DNA of 28,160 nucleotides from Pseudomonadota bacterium. GTDB lineage: Bacteria > Bdellovibrionota_B > Oligoflexia > Silvanigrellales > Silvanigrellaceae. A program made the translations under genes and the position numbers. The notes beneath the pieces were generated by a model that worked only from the letters and a program-made list of their open reading frames with translations, ran no database searches and was not told the origin of the DNA. Below are positions 26,688 through 28,160 of this stretch, piece after piece. The stretch is taken from positions 1 to 28,160 of the forward strand of contig JBDLRP010000017.1 in the NCBI GenBank assembly GCA_039799905.1. The letters run 5' to 3'. Each line of letters opens with the position of its first letter. Position 1 is the stretch's first letter.

Positions 26688-28019
26688 CTACTCGCTGTAT
26701 GTGTATTTCAGCTCGATCTTGGCATTTGATATCTTTGGTGGAGAGGTTGATGAATTTGTCATGCCATTCGGCCATGCAACGTAAATTGCCAGCGGCAGAG
26801 CAGTCACATCGACATTTTGAGGCTGAGGCATTCCATCGATGACAGAAAGCGGCATGAATTTTGTAATATCGTCCACCTTATTGAATAGGTTCATTGCCAC
26901 TGGCTCGAGAACTGCTGACGGCAGAACCCTCAGGTCGATTGTCTGCTTGCTTGAGGTTGGCGTGAATGTGCAAGTTGTGAGTCCGTAAGGACACCATTTA
27001 TCTACACTTGACACCGGCTCAGGGGACGGCTTCGAAATTCTCGCTATTCCCGAAAAGTCGAAGAGCTCAGCAATGCGGAAGTTCGGATGGTTGTAGGTAT
27101 AAGTTTCCATCGGATTGATTGAGTTGAACAGGATTCTGTGGCCAAGCATTACTATCACTGATTGCTGGCCCAACAGACTGCTGTTTGCGTTGGTCCATGT
27201 CACTTCAAGGGGTTTCATAATCTGGACGCTGCAGATCCGTTTGGCCGTTGCCGGAAGAGGTTTATTTATGCTGGTCAAAAAAATCTGAGCGGTGCTAATT
27301 TCACCGAAAAGCGTTGAAAAGGGTTCACCTGTGGTAAAGGTAATAGTCCTATTCCCAATCGGTGAACTCAAATTCAATGTTTCCGGCACAAACTCGAACC
27401 ACGTCGGAGAGGACGTCGTGAAAGTTTGACACGCAGCCGGCGGGACTTCCTTCCTCACCATTGTCGGAAACGAAAGCGTCGCGTTTGCGGGGCGTCCTGC
27501 GATGTCGAACCGTGAAAACTGTAGGCTGACCTGAGTGCCGGAAATGGATTGTGATAGCGCTGGTGGAACGTCGAAGTGGAAACGGATTGGGTTTTGGGGA
27601 CCCAGCACGAACCCGCCTTGACCTGAATTTGCAGGCTTGGCTGAAATACCGTTTTCAGGAATCGTATCTTGCCCGTTGTTCGTGACCAAGACAGGATCAT
27701 TTATAACGACTTCGACAGTCTCATTCGGGCTCTTTACACTGCACTCAACAGATAACGTGTCAGGCTGCACGCCTGCGGCCGACAACAACAAGCAATCGGT
27801 GACAAGGTGCACGCCTGCAACGTCAACCGGAGGAAGCTCCTGATCTTCGGCTGGTTGATTGCCCTGTTCCGGAGGAGGGTTCTGGGAGCCTGCAGTCGAA
27901 TTTTTACTACTTTGTTTTTTTACTTCAGCGTTGGACAAAAAGCTGGGTGCCGAGCATCCGCACAACAGCATCAAAGCGAGGCTGGTGAGTCCGGGTGAAT
28001 TGTAAGAGGATTTCGCCAT
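26688..28019 (-). CDS. Hypothetical lipoprotein, ~443 aa
   Basis: GGAGGG RBS before ATG 28019; LMLLCG|C lipobox; disordered tether; beta-rich body with six Cys. Confidence 0.8.
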   Translation of the reverse strand: MAKSSYNSPGLTSLALMLLCGCSAPSFLSNAEVKKQSSKNSTAGSQNPPPEQGNQPAEDQELPPVDVAGVHLVTDCLLLSAAGVQPDTLSVECSVKSPNETVEVVINDPVLVTNNGQDTIPENGISAKPANSGQGGFVLGPQNPIRFHFDVPPALSQSISGTQVSLQFSRFDIAGRPANATLSFPTMVRKEVPPAACQTFTTSSPTWFEFVPETLNLSSPIGNRTITFTTGEPFSTLFGEISTAQIFLTSINKPLPATAKRICSVQIMKPLEVTWTNANSSLLGQQSVIVMLGHRILFNSINPMETYTYNHPNFRIAELFDFSGIARISKPSPEPVSSVDKWCPYGLTTCTFTPTSSKQTIDLRVLPSAVLEPVAMNLFNKVDDITKFMPLSVIDGMPQPQNVDVTALPLAIYVAWPNGMTNSSTSPPKISNAKIELKYTYSE

Positions 28020-28160
28020 CAATCCCTCCAAGGAAACGGATCGGAAACACTCTGCGGCGAATAAAGCTTTTTGTTCACATTGTTCTCTATTGATTTTTTA
28101 CGTCATGGAATCGAGTACTTATGGCAGGTATTTGGTTTGATTTTCGAGTTGCTGAGAGTG

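Noticed and set aside
188..27998. Remaining short ORFs in the six-frame track
   Set aside because: They are nested in or antisense to well-supported genes and lack RBSs or recognisable motifs.

Overview
Bacterial chromosomal window of about 20 CDS, roughly 50-55% GC by eye. I saw no rRNA, tRNA, CRISPR, phage or IS elements. Recognisable genes are a DUF692/MNIO plus DUF2063-like partner, a secreted MsrB-MsrA fusion, a class-3 lipase, a type II (Na/K-like) P-type ATPase, gltBD, a NUDIX hydrolase, a secreted HEXXH metallopeptidase, a DEAD-box helicase and rlpA. About 12 of the 20 proteins carry a signal peptide or lipobox and many are orphans, which suggests a Bdellovibrionota/Oligoflexia-type genome (inference). 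The most notable items are: (i) an MNIO RiPP-enzyme pair with no canonical precursor, DoxX or sigma factor, sitting head-to-head with msrBA; (ii) a roughly 1,140-aa exported protein whose N-terminal half has HipA/PI3K-like atypical kinase motifs, converging on the MNIO operon across a perfect 13-bp hairpin; (iii) back-to-back sigma54 promoters between rlpA and an orphan lipoprotein. All calls come from motif reading only; no database searches were run.
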